Below are positions 52,600-64,000 of a DNA stretch of 64,000 bases, in pieces. Origin of the DNA: the human T2T-CHM13v2.0 reference genome, Homo sapiens; NCBI RefSeq assembly GCF_009914755.1, contig NC_060947.1. One strand, 5' to 3'. Under the pieces are notes generated by a model that saw only the letters and a program-made list of their open reading frames with translations, was not told the origin of the DNA and searched no databases. A program made the position numbers and the translations under genes. Every line of letters starts with the position of its first letter. The first letter of the stretch is position 1.

Positions 52600-53091
52600 A
52601 ATGGTCTCAAAAACAAAAGAGAAACAATATTATTTAGAAAGGTCTTCCTAATCTTTTCAACTGTTCTTGCTTCCATCTGTATTGTTTTGAATTATCATTC
52701 CTGAATTGGATCCTAGTTTTGTTAACTCATTGACTTCTAGCATTGGATGATACTATCTGAAACCCAATCCCCCAGTGTCCTTACCAGCCTGGTTCCCAGC
52801 TCTTATTCTCTTATCAAAGTTATTGGTTGAGGATAGTAGGTGATTAAATATTATTGCATAAGCAATAGCAAACATATAGAGGGGCTTTATTTCAATCCCT
52901 ATTTTAGGTCACATAAGTAACAGAGGATAAGGAAATCTGTAGTCTTTTTGGTAGTATTACAGCCTGCATGATTTTGGCTATAGCCTAGGGTTAATTTCAC
53001 ATTTTTCTTTCAGAAGCTACCCATTGTACACAGAGATAATACTCTCATTTTAAAAAGTTAAATAATGTACCAGGGAAACAAGAGTTACAGA

Positions 53092-53373
53092 TTTTTTTTT
53101 TATTTTTTACTATTTTTTTTAATTATTATTATACTTTTAAGTTTTAGGGTACATGTGCACATTGTGCAGGTTACTTACATATGTATACATGTGCCATGCT
53201 GGTGCACTGCACCCACTAACTCATCATCTAGCATTAGGTATATCTCCCAGTGCTATCCCTCCCCCCTCCCCCCACCCCACAACAGTCCCCAGAGTGTGAT
53301 ATTCCCCTTCCTGTGTCCATGTGATCTCATTGTTCAATTCCCACCTATGAGTGAGAATATGCGGTGTTTGGTT
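53092..53373 (-). mobile_element. Young L1PA2-like 3' fragment (non-Ta)
   Basis: AAGTTTTAGGGTACATGTGCACATTGTGCAGG..GTGTGATATTCCCC..GAGAATATGCGG; GAG rather than ACA at the Ta-diagnostic site. Confidence 0.88.
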
Positions 53374-53751
53374 AAAATAATTTTTTATTCCGAAACTATG
53401 AGGTATACTAGGTGCTGTGGTCTCTGAAGGACATGGCTGCCTAATGACAACATTGATTTCTCTGGAGTAGCTGCCTCACTGGAATAACTGAAATTATTTT
53501 AGCAGAAGCACAACCAGTTTACAATTTACAATTGCATCTCATGTGTGTGTAACTTTTTTCTTTCATACTGAACTTGTTAGTTCACAAACCCCCATGTCTA
53601 CCAATCAAAAGTTACTTGATTACTTCCAGATTTAAATGTCAGTTCAGGATTTAAACTCAATCAATTCAATATTTTTCTATGCTTCTTCACTTTACCTAGG
53701 GGTATTATAAGGTCCTGCAGAATTTATGTGGAATTCATACATTTTCCTGGC

Positions 53752-54284
53752 TGTATCAGTTATTTATTGCTGTGTAACAAGACACTACAGAACTCAGTGG
53801 CTTTAAATAATAAACACGAATTATTGCTCACAAGTTTTCAGCTGGGTGTTTCTTATGGTCTCAGCTGTGTTCATTTAGGTATCTGCTGCCCTACTGATTT
53901 TTCTGGGGTTCATTTACGCATCTGGTGGTCATGTGTCAACAGTCTGGTCTACGATGGCTTTTACTGAGATAACTGAACTTTCCTGAAAGTGATCTGTTAT
54001 CCTCTGGCAGGGTAGCCCAAGCTTGTTCATGTGGTGGTGCTGCCAGGATTCCAAAAGAGTATGTGAAAAGACAAATGGTCTCTTGAGACTCAGGCTCAGA
54101 ACTGGCACACCACAACTGTACTTCACTCTGTTGGCCAAAGTATGTCAAAAGGCTAAATGAGTTTCAAGAGTTGCGGAAATAGATTCGACTTCTTGACGGG
54201 AATTGCCACAAAGTCACATTTCAAAGAATGTCAACCCAAATAGGGGTAAAGTTATAACCGTTTTTGCAAGGAATCTACTACACA
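53752..54284 (-). mobile_element. MLT1F-like LTR
   Basis: TGTATCAGTTATTTATTGCTGTGTAACAA..GGCTCAGAACTGGCACAC..CTGTTGGCCAAAG..GGAAATAGA. Confidence 0.8.
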
Positions 54285-54479
54285 GGCATTAGAAGAGAAG
54301 CATCAGCTTTGTCTGAAAACCCCTGTCCTTGCTAACCTTTGCTTTAGTCCATGAGGCTGTTCGACATCAAGCTCTTTGCTTGGATCCACAACTAAGTGTC
54401 TCAGTTTTCTATGATGGTCTTTGCTCATGGTGTCTATGTACTTTGTGTTCTCTTCATCCTTATACCAGATTCCTTTGGG

Positions 54480-54725
54480 TGTCCATTTTATTTCTTAGTC
54501 AATTTGGAGCTACTCCCACACTACATTTATTACCTTCAGACCTGTTACTACATAGCACATTATACATTTTACTGAGTTATGTGATTTTTTATCTGTCTGC
54601 ACCAATTAGGAGAGACTGGCTTTTGCCTGTTTTAATTATTATTATATCCTCAGCACCAAAACCAGTGACTAGAACATGATAGTCCCCTGGAGAAATTAGT
54701 TGAATGAATAAATGATTGAATGAGA
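54480..54725 (+). mobile_element. L2 3' end
   Basis: CATAGCAC..TCTGTCT..TATATCCTCAGCACC..TTGAATGAATAAATGA tail. Confidence 0.6.
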
Positions 54726-54807
54726 GGACTTAGTGAGTTCTCCTCCATGTCCATCTGCCCACAGACTCCCTAATGTTTGGATTCTCTACTACTGAATTCT
54801 CAGTACT

Positions 54808-57167
54808 TTATATGGTTTGGCTCTGTGTCCCCACCCAAATCTCATCTCAAATTGTAATCCCCAGATGTGGAGGGAGGGAAGCTATTAAACTATGGGGGTG
54901 GTTCCCCCCATGCTGTTCACTCATGGAGCTGATGGTTTTCTAAATGGTATTTTTTCCTGTGCTCACACATGCTCTCTCCTGCCACCTTGTGAAGAAGGTG
55001 CCTGCTTCCCCTTCCACCATGATTACAAGTATTCTCAGGCTTCCCTAGCCATGTGGAACTATGAGTCAATTAAACCTCTTTATAAATTACCCAGTGTTGA
55101 GTGTTTTTTATAGCAGTGTAAAAACAAATTAATACAGTAAATTGGTACCATGAAAAGTGGGGCACTGCTATAAAGATACTTGAAAATGTGGAAGTGACTT
55201 TGGAACTGGGTAATGGGAAGAGGTTGGAACCTCTGCCCAGAAGTTTGGAGGGCGTAGAAGAAGACAGGAAGATGCGAGAAAGTTTGGAGCTTCCTAGAGA
55301 CTTGTTGAATGGTTTTGACCAAAATGCTGATAGTGATGTGAACAATGAAGTCCAGGCTGAGGTGGTCTCAGATAGAGATGAGGAACTTATTGAAAACTGG
55401 AGTAAAGGTCACTCGTGCTATGCTTTATCAAAGAGACCGGTGGCATTTTGCCCCTGCGCTAGAGATCTGTAGAACTTTGAACTTGAGAGAGATGATTTAG
55501 GGTATCTGGTGGAAGAAATGTCTAAGCAGCAAAGCATTGAAGATGTGACCTGGATTATTCTAAAAGCATTCAGTTTTATGCATTCACAAAGAGATGGTTT
55601 GAAATTGGAACTTATGTTTAAAAGGGAAGCAGAGCATAAATGTTCAGAAAATTTGCAGCCTGACAATGTGATAGAAAAGAAAATCTCATTTTCTGAGGGG
55701 AAATTCAAGCAGGCTGCAGAAATTTGCATAAGTAACGAGAAACTGAATGCTAATCCCCAAGACAGTGGGGAAAATGTCTCCAGGGCATGTCAGAGACCTT
55801 GGCAGCAGCCCCTGCCATCACAGGCCCAGAGGACTAGGAGGAAAAATGGCTTCCTGGGCTGGGCCCAGGGCCCCTGCTGCTCTGTACTGCCTCAGGACAT
55901 GGCACCCTGCTTCCAAGCTGCTTCAGCTCCAGTCGTGGCTAAAAGGGGCCAAGGTACAGCTCAGGTGGTTGCTTCAGAGGGTGCAAGCCCCAAGCCTTGG
56001 CAGGTTCCACGTGTTGCTGGGCCTACAGGTGCATAGAAGTCATGAATTGAGGTTTGGGAATCTTTGCCTAGATTTCAGAGGATGTTTGGAAACACCTGGA
56101 TGTCCAGGCAGAAGTATGTTGCAGGGGCAGAGCCCTCATAGAGAACCTCTGCTACGGCAGTGTGGAAGGGAAATGTGGGGTCGAAGCCCCGACACAGAGT
56201 CCCCACTGGGGTACTGCCTAGTGGAGCTGTGAGAAGAGGGACACCATTCTCCAGACCCCAGAATGGTAGATCTACTGACAGCTTGTGCCATGTGCCTAGA
56301 AAAGCCGCACACACTCAATGCCAGTAAGGAAAAGCAGCCTGGAGGCAGGTTGTACCCTGCAAAGCCACAGGGGAGGAGCTGCCCAAGACCATGGGAGCCC
56401 ACCTCTTGCATCAGTGTGACCTGGATGTGAGACCTGGAGTTGAAGGAGATCATTTTGGAGCTTTAAGATTTAGTGACTCTTCTGTTGGATTTCAGACTTG
56501 CATGGGGCTTGTAATCCCTTTGTTTTTGCCAATTTCTCCCATTTGGAATGGGACCATTTTCCCAGTGCCTGTACCCCCATCGTATCTTGGAAGTAACTAA
56601 CTTGCTTTTGGTTTTACAGGCTCATAGATGGAAGGGAAGGGACTTGACTTGTCTCACATGAGACTTTGGACTTGGACCTTTAAGTTAATGCTGTAATGAG
56701 TTAAGACTTTGAAGGATTGTTGGGAAGGCATGGTTGGTTTTGAAATGTAAGGATGTGAAATCTCGGAGGGGCCATTGTTGGAATGATATGGTTTGGTTCT
56801 TTATCCTTACCCAAATCTCATCTTGAATTTTAATCCCCAAAGGTCAAGGGAGGGACCTGTAATCCCCCCATGTAGAGAGAAAGAAGTGATTGGATTATGG
56901 GAACAGTTTTCTCCTTGCTGTTTTCATGATAGGGAGTGAATTCTCATTTGATCTGATGGTTTCATAAATGGTAGTTTTTCCTGCACTCACACACGCAGCC
57001 TCTCCTGCTGCCTTGTGAAGAAGGTGCCTGCTTTCCCTTCTGCTGTGATTGTAAGTTTCCTGAGGCCTCCGCAGCCATATGGAACTGTGAGTCAATTAAA
57101 CCTCTTTCCTTTATAAACTACCCAGTGTCAAGGGTTCTTTATAGTAGTATGAAAACAAACTAATACA
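54808..57167 (+). mobile_element. Full-length THE1D-like MaLR element (LTR 54808-55136, internal 55137-56783, LTR 56784-57167)
   Basis: Two LTRs ATATGGTTTGG..CCCAAATCTCATCT..TAATACA; internal region starts GTAAATTGGTACCA; 5-bp TSD GTACT / GTTCT. Confidence 0.92.
55188..56036 (+). pseudogene. THE1/MaLR internal ORF remnant
   Basis: ORFs 55188-55472 and 55509-56036 are in the same frame and separated by one TAG; peptide LELPRDLLNGFDQNADSD is typical of THE1/MST internal ORFs. Confidence 0.75.
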
Positions 57168-58349
57168 GTTCTCTAAGCTGCCAGGTCTTAATACACATGA
57201 CAAGCCTCTGTAATTAAAAAAAGCAAAATAATTTGTCTCTCTTCCAAGTTCATAGCTCTTGAGATTGAAAACCATGGCTTTCAGAAATATTATGTGTACT
57301 ATTTGTCTGTTTTCATTTTTATTTCTTGCAGAAGCTCAATTAACTTTTTGACTGTGTTCATCCTCCCCTTGAGGATGCTGAATGGTGAAAAGAAAAGGTC
57401 TCAAGGAAACTTATAGAGGGAAAAACCCTCAATTAATATCTCAAAATATTATTTAGCTTCATAAGTTAAAACTTTGCCATTTCTAGCTGATTCCCATTGT
57501 GGTGATTACTCAGAAGACTGAAAGTTTAGCTGAGCCATGGAATTTCATTGAATAAATTTTGTTTTTCAGAATTTCAGGCAAGAATGTCATGTCTAAACTA
57601 TTTCATGATAGGTAAGATTGTACTAAGTTGAGTGTCAAAATTACAAACTTGTGTTGTTGCTGTTTTTAATGATCTCTTTGTAAAGCTTCATTAACATTTA
57701 TGGAAGAAAGCACCAGTATGAATTACTGAGAAAATATAAATAACTATGTTAAAATAAGCCCAGGTATGCCTGAAGAATAGCTTAGATTACCTATGTACCA
57801 AGTTTCCCAAAATTTAGCCCAAGAATTATTAAGTCATTATCAAGGTTGTTCTTTCTACTTTATTTTTCTTTTCTGATCTGTTTTCAAGGATGTCAGACTA
57901 CCTTTCCCCAGCCTTACATACTATAAGGCCACTGGTTAAAAACTATATGTAACTCATTGTTACCCATTAGATACAGTCCAGATTTCTTCTTTTGGTGTTC
58001 AAGATTTACTACAGGTTCAAAGTTGCTACAAGTCCAAATACATTTTCATACTTTATATTCTGTTTTTACCACTCCTGTGCAACAGTACAGATGTATTGTT
58101 CTTAAAAGCTGTCTACTATGTTACGAAAGCTGTCTGTGAAACAGTAAGCTAAAACTCAGTCTATGATGTAGATGTGAAGTGGGTCATGGTTAGATAATAT
58201 GGTATTAAATCTAGCAAAGGATGTCATACCAGCAGAGGGAAGACTCTAGAGTCGTATTCTATGATAAAGCCAATCAAAATTGATACAAGGAAGGAATGCG
58301 TATTACAGTGTTTTATAGTCATTCAGCCAAATGCATATGGGTAGACCTT

Positions 58350-58386
58350 CTCTTCAGTGCCTCACCACTGGTGAGGCACTGAAGAG
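58350..58386. repeat. Perfect 18-bp inverted repeat with 1-nt spacer
   Basis: CTCTTCAGTGCCTCACCA-C-TGGTGAGGCACTGAAGAG. Confidence 0.97.
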
Positions 58387-59377
58387 TATCATACTTTGAA
58401 GTACCACTTCCAAGTATCATGCTGGGCACTTATTTACTCTGGATCATCCACATGATCCACATGAGCCCTGCAAACCAACCAGATTCTTCTCATTATTTTC
58501 AGAAGCATTATTATTTATTCTAAAAAGAAAGGAAAGTTACTTTTTTTTTGAGAATTTACTGTATGCCAGTTTCAACCTGACCGATTTGTCAGCAGCTATG
58601 CCCATTATACCTCTTGTTAGTAATAAGGGGCCTGTTCTTTTTTTTTCTCTCTTTTATTTTTTATCTTTTGGGTACCATCAGTACAGATAAGCTGTTTATT
58701 TTAAGATAAAATTACTTGAGATTTAGGTTGTAGAATGCCAGTTTATTTTCTGAATTATGATAAGCTCCAACTCTTAGAAGATTTATGTAAATTATTCATA
58801 GGAGTGTTTAGATTTGTATAAATAAACCTGGTCAAGTAAAACTTTGACTTTTTATATTTCTGGGAATAAGAAAAGACATCTTAGGTAGCTATTCCACCCT
58901 TTATAACTTTTTTGCTATAATTATGCATATTCTATATTTACTGATGGATATCAAACAGTTAACTTCTAGATGTGCCAAGAGATGAGCAATTTCTTTGTAG
59001 AAGATTTTGGTTACTGTTTTTGTTTTTGGCAAGATTCAGTGGATATGGCTGAAAAATGTAAGAGTGATAGGGGAAAATAATTCTAGTTGTTAGGTACATA
59101 TAAATAGTAGGAAGGGCAATACTTTTAAAATTGAAATCTCTACACTCAAAGATAATACACAGCAGTAAAAGCTAAGAGAATACAGTATTTGAGAGAGTTA
59201 TGGACAAAGACATATCTCCTTGTATATCATTTGAAGCAAGGAAGAAGAATCACATAAAGTATATAATGTTAGAGCTATAATGTATACTCTATTTCAAAGG
59301 AAGAATTGATTTGTATCACAGTTCCTGAAACCAAAGGTTTATTTTATAAGAATTTCACATTTTTGAAACTGGGCCTC

Positions 59378-59737
59378 TGCTATGGACTATTTTTGTTGCC
59401 CCCTGAAATTCATATGTTGAAGCCTTAATCCTCTGTGTGACGGTATTTGGAGTTAGTGTCTTTGGGAAGTAATTAAGTCACGAGGGTGGAGCCTCCATGA
59501 TGAGATTAGTACCCCAAAAAGAACAGACACAAGAAAGATGATCTCTCACCCATGTGGAGGATACAGCAAGAAGGTATCTATCTGCAAACCAGGAAGAGGA
59601 CCCTCACTGGGCGCTGAAACAGCTGGCACCTTGATCTTGGACTTCCTAGCCTGTAGAACTGTGAGGAATAAATTTGTATGGTTTATGCCACCAAGTCTGT
59701 GATATTTTTGTTGTGGCAGCCTGAACTGATTAAAGCA
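59378..59737 (+). mobile_element. MLT1A/A0 LTR
   Basis: TGCTATGGACT..AATTCATATGTTGAAGCC..CTGGCACCTTGATCTTGGACTTCCTAGCC..AGAACTGTGAG..ATAAATTT. Confidence 0.88.
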
Positions 59738-60289
59738 GCTTCAATATGATTTTTTTGCCACTTAGGAACAGAAATTGTGTCCTTCCACTAATTAATCGTC
59801 AGACATCTACTGAGTATTTTCTACATATAAGGTTCTGCAGTAGACATTAGCACTCTTTAAGTGCAGTAAAGTTGCTCCTCCTCTTGAAGAGTTTATAGTT
59901 TTCTAGAAAGGATTACTTGAACAAAACATTCTTGGTTTCCAGAATGATATTTTTTTTTAGTTTTTTTCCTCCCCCTAGCACTTTAGTTAGTTTTGCTGTT
60001 CTCCTTTTTTGGTACCTTTTCTTTCACCTTTCTTAGTGCTGACATTTCCAAGTTTCCATTAAAATCTCTGTTTGCATGATCTCATCTTTTAACTGGGCTT
60101 TACTTACTACCCATATAATTACAACACAAACAAATCTTTCTCTAAATTGAACACATGTGCCCTAAAATCTGGTTCCACATGACCAGGGTTACTTTATAAT
60201 TTATTGACAAAACTGGAACATTTTGGAGAAGTGAAAGGTGGTACTATTAATACTTTTTTCTGGGATAACAATAATAAATAAGAATTGTC

Positions 60290-61000
60290 TTGGGCAAATC
60301 TTAGATGTGATCACCCTACATGTAACCAATAGCCCATCTGATAGCTCTACTTGGATGTCTTTTAGGCACCTAAAATACAGTGGCCTGAGGGAGATCAGCT
60401 TCTTTTTCTTCCATATCTTCCCATCTTACGTTCTCTACTGCCACATTATCATTTCCCACAGTTGCCCAAGTCAGAAATATGGTCAGTATCCCTAACTGCT
60501 CCTAATCCCTTACCTTCTGCTCCATAGGTCTGTAAATTCCATCAACATGTTTTCCTTAATAATGAATTCTGAATCTGTCCACTGACTCCATGGTCTCCAT
60601 GCCTGTTGCGCTTGAGTTGAGGCTCTCAATTTCATTCCCCAATTAGAAAACAGCCTATTCAAGTAGTTATTGACCTTCTGTCTTGACCTCCTTTAATCTA
60701 TTCTTCACATTGTTGCAAATTGAGTATGTGTATGTGTGTGTGTATCATTCCTCAGTTTAAAATTCTCTAAGCCCCCTCCAAATATCTTTCATGATGTCTT
60801 TAGTAGGACATTAAAATTCTCCATGACTTGGCTCTTGTGTAACTCTCACCCTCTTTTGTCATCATTCCTCACCTAAGCCCCACGTTTATGTCTGTTTCTC
60901 CCTTAACATCTAGGATAGCCTTCCCTGCCTCTCTTTCATTATATGACTAATTCATATCATTCTTCAAATCTATTATTGGCTGCTAATTCTCCTGGAAACT
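60290..61000 (+). mobile_element. L2 fragments
   Basis: CTACTTGGATGTC..AGGCACCT..CCCACAGTTGCCCAAGTCAGAAA..ATCTATTCTTCACATTG. Confidence 0.6.
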
Positions 61001-61104
61001 GTTCCAACTGTTCCTGAATCTATCCTGAACATCTGAATTTTTTCTTCCTTATAGAGTAATTTTGGTTATATTTTCCCCTCATATATTTAGTTATCTCTAC
61101 CTAT

Positions 61105-61340
61105 TATTTTTTAATGGAAATAAAATTTACATGTAGTGAAATACACAGATCCTATTAGATGAGTTTTGACAAATGTATGCACCTAATTATCCAACAGCCC
61201 AATCAAGATATAAAACATTACATCACTCCTAAAAGTTCCCTCATGCCCACATCTAGTCTTCCCCCACAACCCATAGTGGCCATTGTTCTAATTTTTATCA
61301 CCATAGATAAATTTTGCCAGTCCCTAACTTCATATAAATC
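61105..61340 (-). mobile_element. L1ME/MB 3' terminal fragment
   Basis: GATGAGTTTTGACAAATGTATGCACC..ATCAAGATATAAAACATTACATCACTCCTAAAAGTTCCCTCATGCCC. Confidence 0.78.
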
Positions 61341-62904
61341 ACTAATTTTTATCAATTAATGAACCTATATTCATGTTTATAAAAGATATCAGATAGATTT
61401 TTTGTTGTACACAGTTGATATAAATGTTTAATGTTGATGAAGAAAACTTTTTAAGTATTTCATAGTGCACTTGCTACAAGAGTCGGAAATTATGGTTACT
61501 TTTATAGGCTGGTTTTGCATTTTCTTGGAGTGCTTAAAGCCTATATTTCTGGAATTCAATAGTATATATTTTTTTCTCTTATAAAAATGAGGGCAAGCAT
61601 GGGTGTCTGCCTCATTCAGCAAGATTCTGCTTAATAAGGCACACTCATAATGTTAGAAAATATGCCAACTGTGAACCAGAATGCATGTAACTTGAGCAAG
61701 AGTCCTAATGAGCTCTGTAGGGGCAATTGCGCTTTAGAATTCTGAATAAGGAGAACCTAATTGTCAGCCAAATTTACAGTCAAAGGAGAAGGATCAGTGT
61801 GGAGACTGGGAACTATATCACATATTCAGATGAAAACATAGTGTGTTCTGACACAATACTTATTGATTGGGGCTACTTTTATAATAGGGATTTCTGCCTG
61901 TAATGGGGGAGTGGGTGGGAATTCTTTGTCAAATTGCAAGGCAAATGAGGGCAAGAGCTTCATCCAGTTTACTACTATAAATTGTTCCCTAACAGTAAGA
62001 ACAGAGTCTGGCAAATAATAGACACTTAATAAATAGTTAAAAATAAATGAACACATTATTTTGTTAATACATTGGAATAGCTATTGAATTTTTGAGTATC
62101 CTATCATATTTAATCTTCTAAGGAAAGGAAGTACTTTCATTTCTTGAAATAATATCTGTTCAGCTCGCCACTGAAATATTGTGGAAAAAATGGAATAGTT
62201 GAGACTTTTGGAGGGGCTAATGAGCCTTGCTGGTATTATTGAAGAAGTTTTTATAGTTTTAAATGATCTACAATTGGAGCCAGACTACTTCCACATGACA
62301 TAGAGGTTAAAGCAGCTAGCATTTTTTCAACTTTTGACCAAAGCATTGCCTTTCTACCCAACCATAGTTCAAGCCCTTTTCAGCAGCCATCTCTACACAC
62401 AGTGCCCTTCAGTTCTGAAGGGCTATACTTTTGGAAAAAATAATACTTTTCATTTTCTTCAATGTAACCCATGAACCATAGAAATACCCCACATCTATAT
62501 GGAATTGTTACAGAACTGAGAAAGTAGGTATTGATGGAGGCAAGGGACTAATTCTGACACTTCCTTTTAAGAACCAGGAGCAGTAATTTATCAGACTACA
62601 TGGAGTTGTAGCTAAGCTAGTGAATGTTGCAGGTTGCAAAGTCACTTTGCCTCTAAGGACTTTTAAACAATAAATATCTGCCTTAATGAATGTCATTGCA
62701 ACTTGTTTATCCCAATGAGAATGTGTTGTCAATTCCAGTGAGCGGGTATTTTGTGCATGTTTCACTGTGGGGTTCAAATCCCATTAAACTAATACTTACC
62801 CATGTTCGATAAATTTGTGAAATGTCATTTGAGAGTTTGATACGGAATGTTGGAAATACGAAAATAATATTAATTATTTGAATGGAGGAAAGAAAAAAGT
62901 AAGG

Positions 62905-63025
62905 GGTGTGGCTTGCCAAGTTACCTTGATAAAGTCATTTGACTTCCTTAGACATCAAGCCTCTTGTTTGTAAAATGAGAGGAATATGTTATTGAATCTT
63001 TGAAATCCCTATATCTCTAGCTGTG
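62905..63025 (+). mobile_element. MIR/MIR3 core
   Basis: ACCTTGATAAAGTCATTTGACTTC..TTTGTAAAATGAG. Confidence 0.55.
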
Positions 63026-64000
63026 ACATTGTAAGCAGTTTATCCTTGCAATAAGAAGAAAGATGAAAAATGGCTTTTTAAAAGGAATTATTCTAATTAA
63101 ATAATTGAAGAAATTAAAGACCAACGAAAAGGAGGGAAAAATGTTTTCTTCTTGGAGGAAATTTGAAAGCCCATAAAATAATTAAGGAGGTTAATTCCTT
63201 GGGTCTTGTTGAGCTGTAAGATGTTATTTTGTTTGGCTCCCAGTGATGGTTAGATTATCCTAAAATTTATTTGAAATGTTATTAAGTAATTAAATATGCT
63301 ACTGTTACATTTCTCCTGTGGGAAAGACATCAGAAGGGGAGAGACCACGGAAAAGAAGGTTGGAGACAGTTGAAGCTGGGTGATTAAGACCAAACAAGTT
63401 CACATCAAAATTAAAAGGGCTCATTTTCAGTGCAACACAGGTTCTTAAAGCACTTTAAGTACAACACAATGCAACTGGTTACTTTATAATTATAAATTCG
63501 TTTTGGCTGGGGGAATGAAGTGTTCTTAGTGAGATCTTTTCTGCTCAGCAAGTAGAATTGAAATGTAGGAAAACAGAGCAATGAAAGAAGCTCATGCTGT
63601 ATGTGGGGCTGAAGCACTGCCATTATGGAGCACCATGGGCCCCATGGGCTGGGGTAGATGACGCTTAAGCATTAGTTCATATTTGCCAATTAAGCGTAAG
63701 TTGTGTTTCTTTATGTGCTTCAAAAGAGTTAGTCATTTAGTCCCCATAAGGAGCATTTTATCAAAAGGAGCGATTATAGCCAGAGACAAAGAAGCCTGCA
63801 ACTGGATTATAGGCCTCCCTCCATTCTGACAGGACTCAACTCTATACATAGCTAATTGTGATATAATAGTGATAGCTTTTGGAGTGAAAATAGTTGTCAA
63901 TACAAGAGGAAGCTGGCAAGATATTATGAATGAAATGATGATTAAAGAGTTAAAATATAATCCATTAAAACTTCTACAAAACCATATAATTAAGCATAAA

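Noticed and set aside
55747-56453. Overlapping ORFs on both strands
   Set aside because: Alternative frames of the GC-rich THE1 internal region

Overview
AT-rich primate (human-like) genomic DNA, intronic or intergenic. I find no supportable protein-coding gene, tRNA/rRNA gene or CpG island. Much of the window is interspersed repeats: Alu (J, S, FLAM), L1 from young L1PA2-like to ancient L1M, L2, MIR, MaLR/ERVL LTRs (a full THE1D element, a THE1B solo LTR, MLT1, LTR33) and DNA transposons (a near-full-length Charlie3, MER20, MER33, MER3, MER5A, Tigger3a, MER91). Subfamily names come from recalled consensus sequences, not from a search. The one structure these repeats do not explain is a ~3.4 kb degenerate 10-bp-periodic array at ~27.5-31.0 kb. 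Its units are ACTGG/ACCAG followed by TTTAG/TTTTG/CCACA. It is interrupted by an AluJ, has a ~600-700 bp higher-order repeat, appears to derive from a CpG-rich ACCGG decamer, and its spacing matches TFCP2/Grainyhead-family binding sites. Smaller oddities are an orphan poly(A)-tailed retro-insertion, a twin-primed L1, a possible spliced L1 insertion and perfect palindromes.
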